Source: Promethearchaeota archaeon (lineage in GTDB: Archaea > Asgardarchaeota > Lokiarchaeia > Sigyniarchaeales > SOKP01). From it: 64,000 nt of DNA. Positions within the stretch are counted from its first letter, which is position 1. The number at the start of each line of letters is the position of its first letter. Below the pieces are notes generated by a model, which searched no databases, was not told where the DNA came from, and worked only from the letters and a program-made list of their open reading frames with translations. Where the stretch lies: contig JBHLOI010000007.1 in NCBI GenBank assembly GCA_048940645.1, positions 47,077 through 111,076 on the forward strand, given 5' to 3'. Positions 30,928 to 40,556 of this stretch are shown here, piece after piece. A program made the position numbers and the translations under genes.

Positions 30928-31224
30928 ATGCGCTCTCGGAAACCTTTTATTATCTTCTGGCCTCAATATTTTGATTTAAAGAGGAGTAGAGCAGAGGGTA
31001 GGCGTATTCCTAGAAAATTTGCTGTAGAAAAAATCCATTCAAATGATCTTTACAACGTAGCTAAGCGTTTAGGGTATACTGTTCAACATGAAAAGAATTA
31101 TAAATATTCGAGAACTTGGTGGGATGAACCTGGAAGAATTTTAGTGGATACTAAAGGAAAGAAAAAATCTAAAGTATTAATTGAATTAGCAAAGGAATTA
31201 AAAAAGACACAATCCAAGAGATAA
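30928..31224 (+). CDS. srp19: Signal recognition particle protein SRP19
   Basis: WPQYFD..RSRAEGRRIP, YSRTWW..PGRI, K.K.L. Confidence 0.95.
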   Translation: MRSRKPFIIFWPQYFDLKRSRAEGRRIPRKFAVEKIHSNDLYNVAKRLGYTVQHEKNYKYSRTWWDEPGRILVDTKGKKKSKVLIELAKELKKTQSKR

Positions 31225-31233
31225 ATCATTATT

Positions 31234-31605
31234 ATGCATGAATTTGCCTTTGCCTATAATATTTTTAAAATAGCAGAAGCTACTGCTCTAAAATATAATG
31301 CCCAAAAAATTACTGAAGTTTATTTAGAAGTTGGGGAATTAACTTTAATTGTTCCTGAACTTCTACGCCAATCATTTAAGATGGCAACTTCTGGCTCAAT
31401 TGCAGAGGGAGCAGAATTAAAAATTGAGATCGTGCCGGGTAAAATAAAATGCAGGGAATGTGGAAAAGTATCAGCTGTAACTTTAAGTGAAGAAGCTCAA
31501 TTAACTGGACTTCAATTATTCCAATGCAAGTTTTGTAAGAGTAAAAACACAGAAATAATTGAAGGTAAGAAAGCAAATGTTAAAAATATAAAGATTCAAG
31601 AATAA
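31234..31605 (+). CDS. hypA: Hydrogenase maturation nickel chaperone HypA
   Basis: MHE, VGELT, CRECG, CKFC, IIEGK. Confidence 0.93.
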   Translation: MHEFAFAYNIFKIAEATALKYNAQKITEVYLEVGELTLIVPELLRQSFKMATSGSIAEGAELKIEIVPGKIKCRECGKVSAVTLSEEAQLTGLQLFQCKFCKSKNTEIIEGKKANVKNIKIQE

Positions 31606-31983
31606 TTAGATTAAAACACCATTTAAAATTCCATGCTGTCCGGGCCTAGATGTGATTTTTGCTTTTCCTAGCTCTGTTTCAACAATCGCACCTTTAGTTA
31701 AAATGTGTCTGCGGTTATAATCCTTAGACGCATCATTACTATCAAACCTTAAAATTCTCACTTTGGAAGTTTGATTGTTATTAGGATCTGTAACATTAAC
31801 GTATAAAGATGAAAATAATTTAAGCTTTTGATTTCCTCCCAATACTCTCTGCTTTTTCTTCTTTTCTTCTCCTACTCTGGTTTCTATGGGAGGGCGCTCT
31901 AATTCTCTTTTTCTCTTCTTTCTAAAGTGTTTATATTTTTTTCCTGTGTATTTTCTTTTTGATCTTGCTTGAGAACGAGCCAT
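31606..31983 (-). CDS. rps8e: 30S ribosomal protein S8e
   Basis: RKKRKRELER, GGN.K, RRHILTKGAIVETELG.A.ITSRPGQ.G. Confidence 0.97.
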   Translation of the reverse strand: MARSQARSKRKYTGKKYKHFRKKRKRELERPPIETRVGEEKKKKQRVLGGNQKLKLFSSLYVNVTDPNNNQTSKVRILRFDSNDASKDYNRRHILTKGAIVETELGKAKITSRPGQHGILNGVLI

Positions 31984-32147
31984 GACATACCATCATTAAA
32001 TTAGTAAGTAGTAAAGGAAATGATTTCTTTAAAATTTTTGTATTTAAATGTTTATAATCTGTAAAAGTAAAATAAATATACTAAAAATTAATTTATTCAT
32101 TATAACAATTAGTTTATCAGAAAAGTAATATAAAGTCTAACAGAAAA

Positions 32148-32789
32148 ATGATGGAAAATATTGCAAATAAATTAAATCTAGATAAAAACTCTTTAGAAAA
32201 AATCATTAAATCAAGTACCACAACGGTTGGAATAATTGTAAAGGATGGTATCGTAGTAGGAACGGAATCTCAAGCTACTGCAGGATATACTGTTGCTACA
32301 AAACAAGCTCAGAAACTTTTTAAGATAAATGATTATACATGTGCAACTATTTCTGGAGGGGTTGCAGATTGCCAGTATGTAGTTAATCAACTTAAAGCAT
32401 TATCTAAATTAAAAGAAGTTGAAGAGGAAAAAGTTCCTGAACCCAAGTACATTGCTAGCGTTACAAGAAACATTTTATTCAGTGGTAGATCATATTACCT
32501 TGCTATGATGATAATTGGTGGTTACTCAGTAAAAGAGAGTAACGGGAAACTTTACGGAGTTGACTTATTAGGTACTCTTTATGAAGAAGAAAATTTCATT
32601 GCTTTTGGTTCTGGAGGGCCATTCTCCTTAGGTGTATTAGAGGCTGATTGGAAGCCTGGCATGACTTCAAATTTGGGAGTTGAATTAGTCAAAACCGCTA
32701 TTTCTAGTTCTCGTGAAAGAGACGCCGCATCTGGATTTAAAATTCAAATATGTACTGTTACTAAAGATGGTTATAAACAAATTCAATGA
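32148..32789 (+). CDS. psmB: Proteasome beta subunit
   Basis: TTTVG, KL.KI, SGGVAD, GSG, RDAASG. Confidence 0.93.
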   Translation: MMENIANKLNLDKNSLEKIIKSSTTTVGIIVKDGIVVGTESQATAGYTVATKQAQKLFKINDYTCATISGGVADCQYVVNQLKALSKLKEVEEEKVPEPKYIASVTRNILFSGRSYYLAMMIIGGYSVKESNGKLYGVDLLGTLYEEENFIAFGSGGPFSLGVLEADWKPGMTSNLGVELVKTAISSSRERDAASGFKIQICTVTKDGYKQIQ

Positions 32790-32802
32790 TTTTTTTAAAT
32801 AA

Positions 32803-33294
32803 CTACTTCTTAAGAAAATCTATATTAATTTGTCTAAGTTCATCAAAAATATAGATAAAACCATTTAATGTTTTTTTTTGAGCATCCATTATTGTCCAGA
32901 TAATATGTTTAAATTTTGTAATCTTACCCTCATAGTAACTTCTCATATATGGTATATCAACACCACTTGGATAAGCTCCACCTGGATGAGAATGAAAGAT
33001 ACTTATTAATTGTAAATTGAAGTTTTTCAAAAATTTTTCAGTTATCTCTTTTAATTTTAGATAATCATCCATTAGAAAGGCTACAGGACTTTCAGAAGAG
33101 GATTCTATACACTCAAACTTTTTAGTATAATAATTATAAGAATAATCATTTTCGAAATTGGTTTTCTTAATTTCTTCAATTTTTCCATAAATTAGACCAC
33201 ATGCCTCGTTAGGATAAGCTTTATCAACACATTGTTCTATCTTTTTATAAATATCCTGATTGATGAAGAACGTTATATCTTTCTCAAATTTCAC
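32803..33294 (-). CDS. JAMM/MPN+ metallo-isopeptidase
   Basis: NEACG ... FHSHP...YPSGVD (E-HxH-S-D). Confidence 0.9.
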   Translation of the reverse strand: MKFEKDITFFINQDIYKKIEQCVDKAYPNEACGLIYGKIEEIKKTNFENDYSYNYYTKKFECIESSSESPVAFLMDDYLKLKEITEKFLKNFNLQLISIFHSHPGGAYPSGVDIPYMRSYYEGKITKFKHIIWTIMDAQKKTLNGFIYIFDELRQINIDFLKK

Positions 33295-33317
33295 GTTTCT
33301 AATAAACTTCTCCCTCT

Positions 33318-34013
33318 TTATAGTAATGTTAGTGCAGCATTCATAGCCGCTAACCTTGCCTTTCTTATATCAGCACCAGATCCTATAATTATAACGTCCC
33401 CTCTTTCAAAAAATACATTCACATTAACTATTTTTGTTTTGAAGTATAATTGAACTTTATCATTTATTTTTACTCCATGATTTTCTTGTCCTGAGGAATA
33501 CGAGGGAAATAATAGTTCATTTCCATTATAAATAAGGCAAGTAGCTCCTAATCCTCCTAATCTAATTGCTGCATCTCTTTGTTCAACACCACTTTTTAAA
33601 TGATCAGCAGCATCTCTAACTAAACAATAATATGATTTTGAAATTTCAGAATCGATTATAAAATTTTTCAAAATAGAAACATCTCCTTCATCTAATAAAG
33701 GGATTTTATTTTTAATTTTCATTAGAATCTGTAGGCCTTTTTCAGTCAACACATGTCCTTTTGACTTTATTTGTTGTTTGTTATTACTATTCTTAACAAG
33801 GACTTCTATAAAACCACCCTCTTCTTTTAATTTTTTAACAAGAGATTTTGCTGTACCTCCTCCTAATATTAATTCTTCTTTTAGACGATATCTTCCCAAA
33901 CCTTCAGGATTATCTCCAAATAATAATATAGCTAAAATAACATGAGCATAATCGAAAGAAGGTCTAATTGTTTTGCTCTCAAAGAGAGGATCTAATTCTT
34001 CAAAATCTTTCAT
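33318..34013 (-). CDS. Archaeal winged-helix protein (DUF4443-like)
   Basis: RPSF..AH, GRY.L..EL.LG.G, GH.LT.KG, GVEQRDAAI..G..GA. Confidence 0.8.
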   Translation of the reverse strand: MKDFEELDPLFESKTIRPSFDYAHVILAILLFGDNPEGLGRYRLKEELILGGGTAKSLVKKLKEEGGFIEVLVKNSNNKQQIKSKGHVLTEKGLQILMKIKNKIPLLDEGDVSILKNFIIDSEISKSYYCLVRDAADHLKSGVEQRDAAIRLGGLGATCLIYNGNELLFPSYSSGQENHGVKINDKVQLYFKTKIVNVNVFFERGDVIIIGSGADIRKARLAAMNAALTLL

Positions 34014-34139
34014 AACCTTTATATATATTTAGAATCCATATATAAAAAAAATATAAGGTCAAAAAAAATAAAAGGAAGAATATTCTTTTTAAATAATAAC
34101 GATAGAAATTCTTTATGTCGGATATATCCCAATAGTGCC

Positions 34140-35132
34140 ATGAATAATAATCCTGATGATAATGACCCAAAAGACATTCAAGGATTAGTTGTATTTAAAG
34201 ATGTTAAATCGCAACAAACTCAAGAACAAGAAGCAGTATCATTAGAATATATAGATCAAGAGAATAAAATAAAGTTAGTTTGTAAGCTAGAACCGTTTGG
34301 AGGCAATTACCTTTATTCACTTCTTATTATCAACCAAAGTATGGCCCCTATTACGGAAATTAAAATTCGAATAAGATATCCCGACTTTTTAATGCTCTGT
34401 AGGAGCAATCCTCCAAAGATTATTATTGACTCTGATTTAATTGAAGAAAATGAAAAGCAGATTCGTATTGAATTTGAAAACTTAGGAGAAAATTCCCAAA
34501 AACAAATAAATACTTTTTTAACACCATTGTCATTAGAAGAAAAGGGTGAAATTAGGTCATATGTTACTTACATAAATAATGCAGATTTTATACGAGCCCT
34601 TGACTCAGATCCTGTTAAAATAAAATTTGATCCAATATCTATCGAAAGAAAAATTTTACCTAGTACTGAAGTACGTAACTTTCTTCAATTAGCTGATATC
34701 AAGCGAGGAATTAAGAGTGTCGGAATAGGCATTGAAAATAATCCTGATTTTGATTATTTATTTTATCAACTCGAACAAACAATCCTAGATCAAAACTTTC
34801 AACTAATTACTAAAGATGATGATAAAAAAATTGCATGGTATTTCGGAACAGAATTAGTCTCAGGAGCTGATATACTAGTAATTGGACAGCTTAATTCAAA
34901 TAAGATCGAGTTGTTGGTAGCTTCCCAAAATCCTCATATAATTATTTCTATTTTAACAAATTTCGTGACTGAATTTTCAAATCGATTAGTAATTGAAGAT
35001 ATAATAGAAACTTTAGACCAAATTTATGATTTAGAATGCGAATATTGTGGAACAGTCTTACCTTACTTCCCAAGAAAAGGGGAATCTGTTGAATGTACTA
35101 AGTGTAAATATGAAAAAATAATATGGTCTTAG
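34140..35132 (+). CDS. Hypothetical protein: Ig-like sandwich + alpha/beta platform (adaptin-ear/BBSome-like) + zinc ribbon
   Basis: YSLLIINQS.APITEIKIRIRYP beta pattern; AWYFG..ILVIG..IELLVAS.N; CEYCG..CTKC. Confidence 0.55.
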   Translation: MNNNPDDNDPKDIQGLVVFKDVKSQQTQEQEAVSLEYIDQENKIKLVCKLEPFGGNYLYSLLIINQSMAPITEIKIRIRYPDFLMLCRSNPPKIIIDSDLIEENEKQIRIEFENLGENSQKQINTFLTPLSLEEKGEIRSYVTYINNADFIRALDSDPVKIKFDPISIERKILPSTEVRNFLQLADIKRGIKSVGIGIENNPDFDYLFYQLEQTILDQNFQLITKDDDKKIAWYFGTELVSGADILVIGQLNSNKIELLVASQNPHIIISILTNFVTEFSNRLVIEDIIETLDQIYDLECEYCGTVLPYFPRKGESVECTKCKYEKIIWS

Positions 35133-35563
35133 TTTTTTAAGAATTAGTAATTTTATTTATCCTTAGAACTTGAAAACTTTATTAAATCTTGTTTTAATCT
35201 GCATTATCTTTCCTTATATCAGTCGGATCCTTAAAAAGATGGGAGATTTTTAGTAATTTGATTAATTCGCGTCAATTTTTCAATATTAATTAAAAGTTAC
35301 TAACTTATTGAAAACACAAAAATTCCTAATCAAGCATCTCAGTATTTGATCAAATTTTTTATCTTTCTTAAAATGAACATGTTTTAGCGGAAAAGGAAGA
35401 AAGTTTACACTTTACTACATTCAATAGTTTTAAAATTTAACGAAACTCGAATTTCCATAAAAAAATTCTAACTTTTACGAGATTGATCTTTTTACTATTT
35501 CTGAATTTTGTCGTGATATTTTTTTCATTTTATTCCTCATAAAATCATGTATGCATCAAAATC

Positions 35564-35573
35564 TTTAAATATA
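35564..35573 (+). promoter_or_regulatory. Probable TATA box of the histone gene; SD GGAGG at 35653-35657
   Basis: TTTAAATATA preceded by an A-rich BRE-like tract, ~95 nt upstream of ATG. Confidence 0.5.
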
Positions 35574-35665
35574 TAGAAGATATATTACTATTTAACTAAC
35601 CATTAAATAATAACAAAAATCAATAAAAATATCAATATAAAAATAAAAAAGTGGAGGAATAGAAA

Positions 35666-35875
35666 ATGTCTGAATATATTAGTTGGAGTCCTATTAGAAG
35701 ATTAATGAAGCATAATGGCGCTATAATTGTTGCTCGTGATGCTGTGGATGAACTAGTTGATTGGATGGGCATGGCAGCAGAAAAAATAACTAAATCTGCC
35801 TTGAGTTTAACAAAGCATGCTAAAAGAAAGAAAGTAACTCGAGATGACATCCTATTAGCCATTAAATACTTTTAA
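35666..35875 (+). CDS. Archaeal histone (HMf fold)
   Basis: SPIRRLMK.NGA..V..DA...HAKRKKV..DDI.LA. Confidence 0.95.
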   Translation: MSEYISWSPIRRLMKHNGAIIVARDAVDELVDWMGMAAEKITKSALSLTKHAKRKKVTRDDILLAIKYF

Positions 35876-35998
35876 AATAAATAGGAAAGAAACCATCCTA
35901 AATTTAATTTATTATTTTTTTTAATTTTAAATTTTTTTTCTTGAGATTTAATTACTGTAAAGTGCAATCTAATTTTTTACAGTTCTGGATTTGTATTT

Positions 35999-36439
35999 TT
36001 ATTCATGTTCAAGATGAAATAACATATGCCCCTCATATTGAAAGTTATTTACACTTTTTAGGAGTGTTTCTAACTTAACATTTTCCGTTGTAAGTATGAC
36101 AACCACTTCAAATTTACTTAATTGGAAAACCAAAACGCCGCCTTTAGACCCTTTAATATGTAAATAATTGAATTCTCCATTATCCATTTCATTATTTCCT
36201 CTCTTTCCTACTGCTAATATTGTAGCAGAAAGAGCAGATAACTGACTTTTATTAATACCTCTAGGTAGAGTAGATGCAATTGGTAAACCTTCGACAGAAA
36301 GCAAAATGACTCCCTTAATTGCTGAATTTGTATTTTGCAGACTAAATAAAAATTTTTCGACGTTTTCTGGATGATATCTCAATATTAGTAGATAAGAAAA
36401 GTGAAAATAAATACATTTGTTCATACAATTTTCAAGCAA
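35999..36439 (-). CDS. Roadblock/LC7 domain protein (true start probably downstream)
   Basis: IKGVILLSVEGLPIAS.LP, LSALSATIL..G.R, HIKG..G. Confidence 0.85.
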   Translation of the reverse strand: MLENCMNKCIYFHFSYLLILRYHPENVEKFLFSLQNTNSAIKGVILLSVEGLPIASTLPRGINKSQLSALSATILAVGKRGNNEMDNGEFNYLHIKGSKGGVLVFQLSKFEVVVILTTENVKLETLLKSVNNFQYEGHMLFHLEHE

Positions 36440-36449
36440 GAGGGCGAAA

Positions 36450-36881
36450 TTAAGGACTAATTAATATTTTCTTTTTATCATATTCATCTGGATCTCCACC
36501 ACCTTCAAGGTATTCAGCGAACTTCTTTAAGTCATTTAATATAAATAGTATACCTCTTTCTAATATTTTTTCATGTTCCACGATTTTATAATCAATCCAT
36601 GCAGATACTTCAGTTAAGTCACCTTTCGCTTTTAAAACATATCCGAATGAGGTAAAATACTCGCTTTCTGCTGTATTAGTAAATATTTCATTTTCTTTGC
36701 GCTCTATATTGGTATACGTATAATTTCCCCCAGTAGATTTGATAAAACTTTCATTTGGCCCAGTTTGAGTGATTTCCTTCACGGTGGAATTCCATTTACG
36801 AATTAGGGAGATATCAGTTAAGCTATTATAAATTATACTAGGTGGAGCATTTATCTCAATTCTACTTTCAACTTTAGCCAT
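36450..36881 (-). CDS. SRPBCC/START-like protein
   Basis: IEINAPP..IY..L.D....W; L.DLKKFAE. Confidence 0.8.
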   Translation of the reverse strand: MAKVESRIEINAPPSIIYNSLTDISLIRKWNSTVKEITQTGPNESFIKSTGGNYTYTNIERKENEIFTNTAESEYFTSFGYVLKAKGDLTEVSAWIDYKIVEHEKILERGILFILNDLKKFAEYLEGGGDPDEYDKKKILISP

Positions 36882-37226
36882 ATAATCATCTCATAGAATT
36901 TACAAAAAAGTAAGTTACTTTGGCTTTTATATTTTTGTCTATTATGACAAATTTTTTAAAATCCTCCTAATTTTAGGGTAGGAATTTGATAGAAGCTCAA
37001 AAAAGTAATATTAAAAAAAATTTTTTTGTCAAAAGTACTATATTGAGTCAACAACAATTATGTAGATTCAACAAGTTTATTAAGGATCATTTCTATAATA
37101 AAAATAACTAGTTGTTTCTGTGTTTTATATTTTCTGCTTATAAAAAATTAGAGATAATTTTCACAGAGATAGTTCATATAAGGCACAAAATTTAAGAGAA
37201 ACTAGAGATAAACAAAGAGAAAAAAA

Positions 37227-38810
37227 ATGAAGATTCTATATGTAAATCCTGCTCGATTGGAAGCAGGGTTGGATGCCATCATTAAGGGTTCGCCCTTAAG
37301 CCTTATTTCAATTGCTGCCATGGTTCCTGAACATGATGCTAAATTATTTGATTTTAAAGTTGATAAATATCGTGAAAAGAGATTTCGCAGTGATTTAAAC
37401 CGATATGACGTAGTTGCTATTACAAGTATGACACCCCAGATATATCACGCATTAGAGGTGGCACATATGGCCAAAGAACAAGGATGTCGTACAATACTAG
37501 GCGGATATCACCCTACTCTGGCACCCGAATTCGTAGCACGGCAACCGGACGTAGATTTCACCATTAGAGGTGAGGGAGAACATACTTTTAAAGAAGTAAT
37601 TGATTATCTTGATGGTAATAGAAATAATATTGAATTAAATCAAATTGATGGCTTATCGTATAAGGATAAAGATGGAACAGTAAAACATAATAAAGAGCGT
37701 CAATTAGAATGCGATTTAGATAGCCTTCCTATGCCTCGAAGAGATTTATTAGACGATACAAAGTATATTTACTTAGGAGCAAGAGTAGCTCAGCTTGAAA
37801 CGTCACGCGGCTGCCCACACAATTGTAAATTCTGTTGCATCATTAAAATGTGGAGGAATTCAAATAAACCTGTAGTTTATAGAACAAAATCAACTAAAAG
37901 GATAATGCGAGAAATTTATGATGTTGATTGGAAAAATGATTTTATCTTTTTCTGTGAAGATAATTTTACTATTAAAATAAAACGGACAAAAAAAATACTA
38001 GAGACAATGATTCGTTCAGGAGTCCCAAACAAAATTTATTTTTCCTGTCAATCCCGAGTTGATACATTATATCGAAATCCTTGGTTAGTTGATTTAATGC
38101 ACAAGGCAGGCATGAGACAAGTATTTTTAGGTATTGAGAGTGTGCACCAACAAAGCCTTGACGCTATGAATAAACAAAATACTACTCCAGAAATGGTTAA
38201 AGGTGTTGTAACTATGCTCCAGGACCGAGGAATTTCAATATTCGGAGGTGTTATTATTGGATTTCCAGGTGAAACTAAAACAATGGTAAGACAAAATATT
38301 CAATTTGCTAGATCCCTTAATTTAACCTGTATTCAATTTACTCCCATTACAGCATTTCCGGGAACTGAGTTCTACAATGAAATGTCAGAAAAAAAAATGA
38401 TTACAACAAAGAATTATAGATACTATGATTTATTTCATCCAATGATGCGTACAGAACAACTAACAACTAATGAAATATATGAATTAGTAGGCGAAGCATA
38501 TTCTGCATATTATCTTAGTAAGGGTTGGCTTGGAATGCTCATAAAAAGATATACTAATCCTTTTGGTAAATTTAACTGGATGGGCCGAAATGTACCACGC
38601 TTTGCTAAAACTGTTATTAAAAGTGGAAATGATATGCTTCATTCAATGGGAATGAGTAAATCGATAATTTCTGATGAATTAAAAGAATTTATGGAAAATG
38701 GAATACCCAATACAACATTCATACCTAAAAAATCTGATAGTTTAGACAAAAAAGGCGAACATATCACATTTATTAGAAAAGTACAAAAACCAGCAAAAAT
38801 CGCCAATTAA
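37227..38810 (+). CDS. B12-binding radical SAM enzyme
   Basis: GGYHPT, GEGE, ETSRGCPHNCKFC, EDNF, GIES, IGFPGET, FPGT. Confidence 0.93.
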   Translation: MKILYVNPARLEAGLDAIIKGSPLSLISIAAMVPEHDAKLFDFKVDKYREKRFRSDLNRYDVVAITSMTPQIYHALEVAHMAKEQGCRTILGGYHPTLAPEFVARQPDVDFTIRGEGEHTFKEVIDYLDGNRNNIELNQIDGLSYKDKDGTVKHNKERQLECDLDSLPMPRRDLLDDTKYIYLGARVAQLETSRGCPHNCKFCCIIKMWRNSNKPVVYRTKSTKRIMREIYDVDWKNDFIFFCEDNFTIKIKRTKKILETMIRSGVPNKIYFSCQSRVDTLYRNPWLVDLMHKAGMRQVFLGIESVHQQSLDAMNKQNTTPEMVKGVVTMLQDRGISIFGGVIIGFPGETKTMVRQNIQFARSLNLTCIQFTPITAFPGTEFYNEMSEKKMITTKNYRYYDLFHPMMRTEQLTTNEIYELVGEAYSAYYLSKGWLGMLIKRYTNPFGKFNWMGRNVPRFAKTVIKSGNDMLHSMGMSKSIISDELKEFMENGIPNTTFIPKKSDSLDKKGEHITFIRKVQKPAKIAN

Positions 38811-38974
38811 ATTTAATTAATTATCCTATTTTTTATATTTTATAATTTATATGAATAAAATACCTAGTAGCTTTAATCTAAACATTTAAATTATTAAGTT
38901 AGCAGTTAGAAATTTGGATGCATCATATTTTTTGATTAATACGTGATAAATTAGTTATTTTTAATATTTATCAC

Positions 38975-39011
38975 ACTTTTTTTTTAAAAAAAAAAAAAAT
39001 TTTTTTAAAAA
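38975..39011. terminator. T/A homopolymer tracts between convergent genes (probable bidirectional terminator)
   Basis: ~T10-A14-T7-A5 run between the radical SAM (+) and MFS (-) genes. Confidence 0.45.
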
Positions 39012-39012
39012 C

Positions 39013-40458
39013 TCAAATTTTTCCTTCTTTTCGTAAACTTTCTAGATATGCTTTTTCTTTTTCTTGATGTATTTTATGTAGTTCAGCTTTCTGCTTTTTC
39101 CATTCAGGACCATGTAAGGGAAAGAATTTTATAGCAATAGCCGCTAAAAATATGAATATTGCTGGTACAATGCAAAATCCGATCATTATTCCTAGTTTTG
39201 CGTCAGGGCTTTGTGAAAGCCCCAATTTAGCAAGTTCATTATCATATCCAAAAGCATCAATAATTAGTAGAAATAACCATGGTGCTAGAGATACAGCAGG
39301 TTTGGTTAACAAGGCATTAACCCCAGAATAGCTTGTTTCACGGCGTTTATTAGTTAAAACCTCATCATGATCTATTACATCCGCAATAAGCATCTGTCCA
39401 GTCATATAATAACCTGAAAATCCAATTCCTAGCAAAATCATACCAATAATGGCTGTTTCAAAGAGCCAACCAATTCCAAAAAAAAGTATAAAACTTGATC
39501 CTATTAAAAAGAGAATTATCATGTACACTTTTTTCAATTCATATTTGCGTAGAATTTTGTTATAAACAATTGTAAATGCGAAAACAAATAAAAAGAAAAT
39601 CGCTAATGGTATCATACCCATAATTCCTCCAAGTTCCAACACAGAACTAATGTAATAGAAAACAGCGGTAGTCAAAGTATACTGCGCTAAAGTAGTACAA
39701 AAATTTCCAGCTTCAAAAATTAGAAAAGGCTTATTTTTAAAAGTTTCAGTTAAACCTTTCCAATAACCTAATGGTTCTTCAAGTTGAGTATACTTTCTTT
39801 CTTTTATAAAATAACTACTCACAAATAAAATTAAACCACAAATTATTCCTATGATTACCATACTAGTTAAGAAAATATTTATAGGTGGTGGTGGTACTGG
39901 AGTTAATAATAGTGTTGGAAGTAAAAATGTGATTAACGTCCCAAGAGCACTAAAAATTGATCCAAATACCATTATACTTGCACGAGCTTTCGAAGATATA
40001 GCCATTTCCGCCGGTAATGAATAAGTAATAAGACCTATCATTGTATAAATCGTATCAAAAGCATAAAGGATGATTAAATAGTTTAAAAATAAAGCTATTT
40101 CATCATTAACATTTACTAGTGGAAACCAACATAACATAAATAGGATTGTATATATAGGTGATCCAAAACGAAGGTAAGGAATTCTTCTCCCATATTTTTT
40201 AGATTTGGTACGATCTTCTATAAAACCAAAAAGTGGGTCATTTACTGCGTTCCATATTATAAATATGATCCAAGCTAATCCTGTCCAATATTCATCAAGT
40301 AAGAGAATATTATTATAATAATAAGTAATTGGTCCTAAACCTAAACCCGATAATATTCCACTTGCTAAAGTAGCTCCTCCAAAAGCAAATTTTGATTTTC
40401 CTGGAATTTTTTCCTCAATTTCTATACTTACAGAATTAGTTTCTGTCATTTTTCTCAT
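39013..40458 (-). CDS. MFS transporter, GPH (MelB-like) family
   Basis: WNAVNDP..G...DR..S..GRR.PY; ADVID.DE...RRE..Y. Confidence 0.93.
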   Translation of the reverse strand: MRKMTETNSVSIEIEEKIPGKSKFAFGGATLASGILSGLGLGPITYYYNNILLLDEYWTGLAWIIFIIWNAVNDPLFGFIEDRTKSKKYGRRIPYLRFGSPIYTILFMLCWFPLVNVNDEIALFLNYLIILYAFDTIYTMIGLITYSLPAEMAISSKARASIMVFGSIFSALGTLITFLLPTLLLTPVPPPPINIFLTSMVIIGIICGLILFVSSYFIKERKYTQLEEPLGYWKGLTETFKNKPFLIFEAGNFCTTLAQYTLTTAVFYYISSVLELGGIMGMIPLAIFFLFVFAFTIVYNKILRKYELKKVYMIILFLIGSSFILFFGIGWLFETAIIGMILLGIGFSGYYMTGQMLIADVIDHDEVLTNKRRETSYSGVNALLTKPAVSLAPWLFLLIIDAFGYDNELAKLGLSQSPDAKLGIMIGFCIVPAIFIFLAAIAIKFFPLHGPEWKKQKAELHKIHQEKEKAYLESLRKEGKI

Positions 40459-40556
40459 AAATTATGTTAATTCTTTAAAATAATATTTTACGTTATTTTA
40501 TAAAAATCTTTCAGAGTTGTATTCTTTAAATAGAATCATGTAAAGTCTTCCTTAAC

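Noticed and set aside
31234-31605. Hydrogenase gene cluster
   Set aside because: hypA is alone between srp19 and rps8e; no other hyp or hydrogenase genes are in the window.
35133-35665. Replication origin
   Set aside because: No ORB-like repeats and no orc1/cdc6 nearby.
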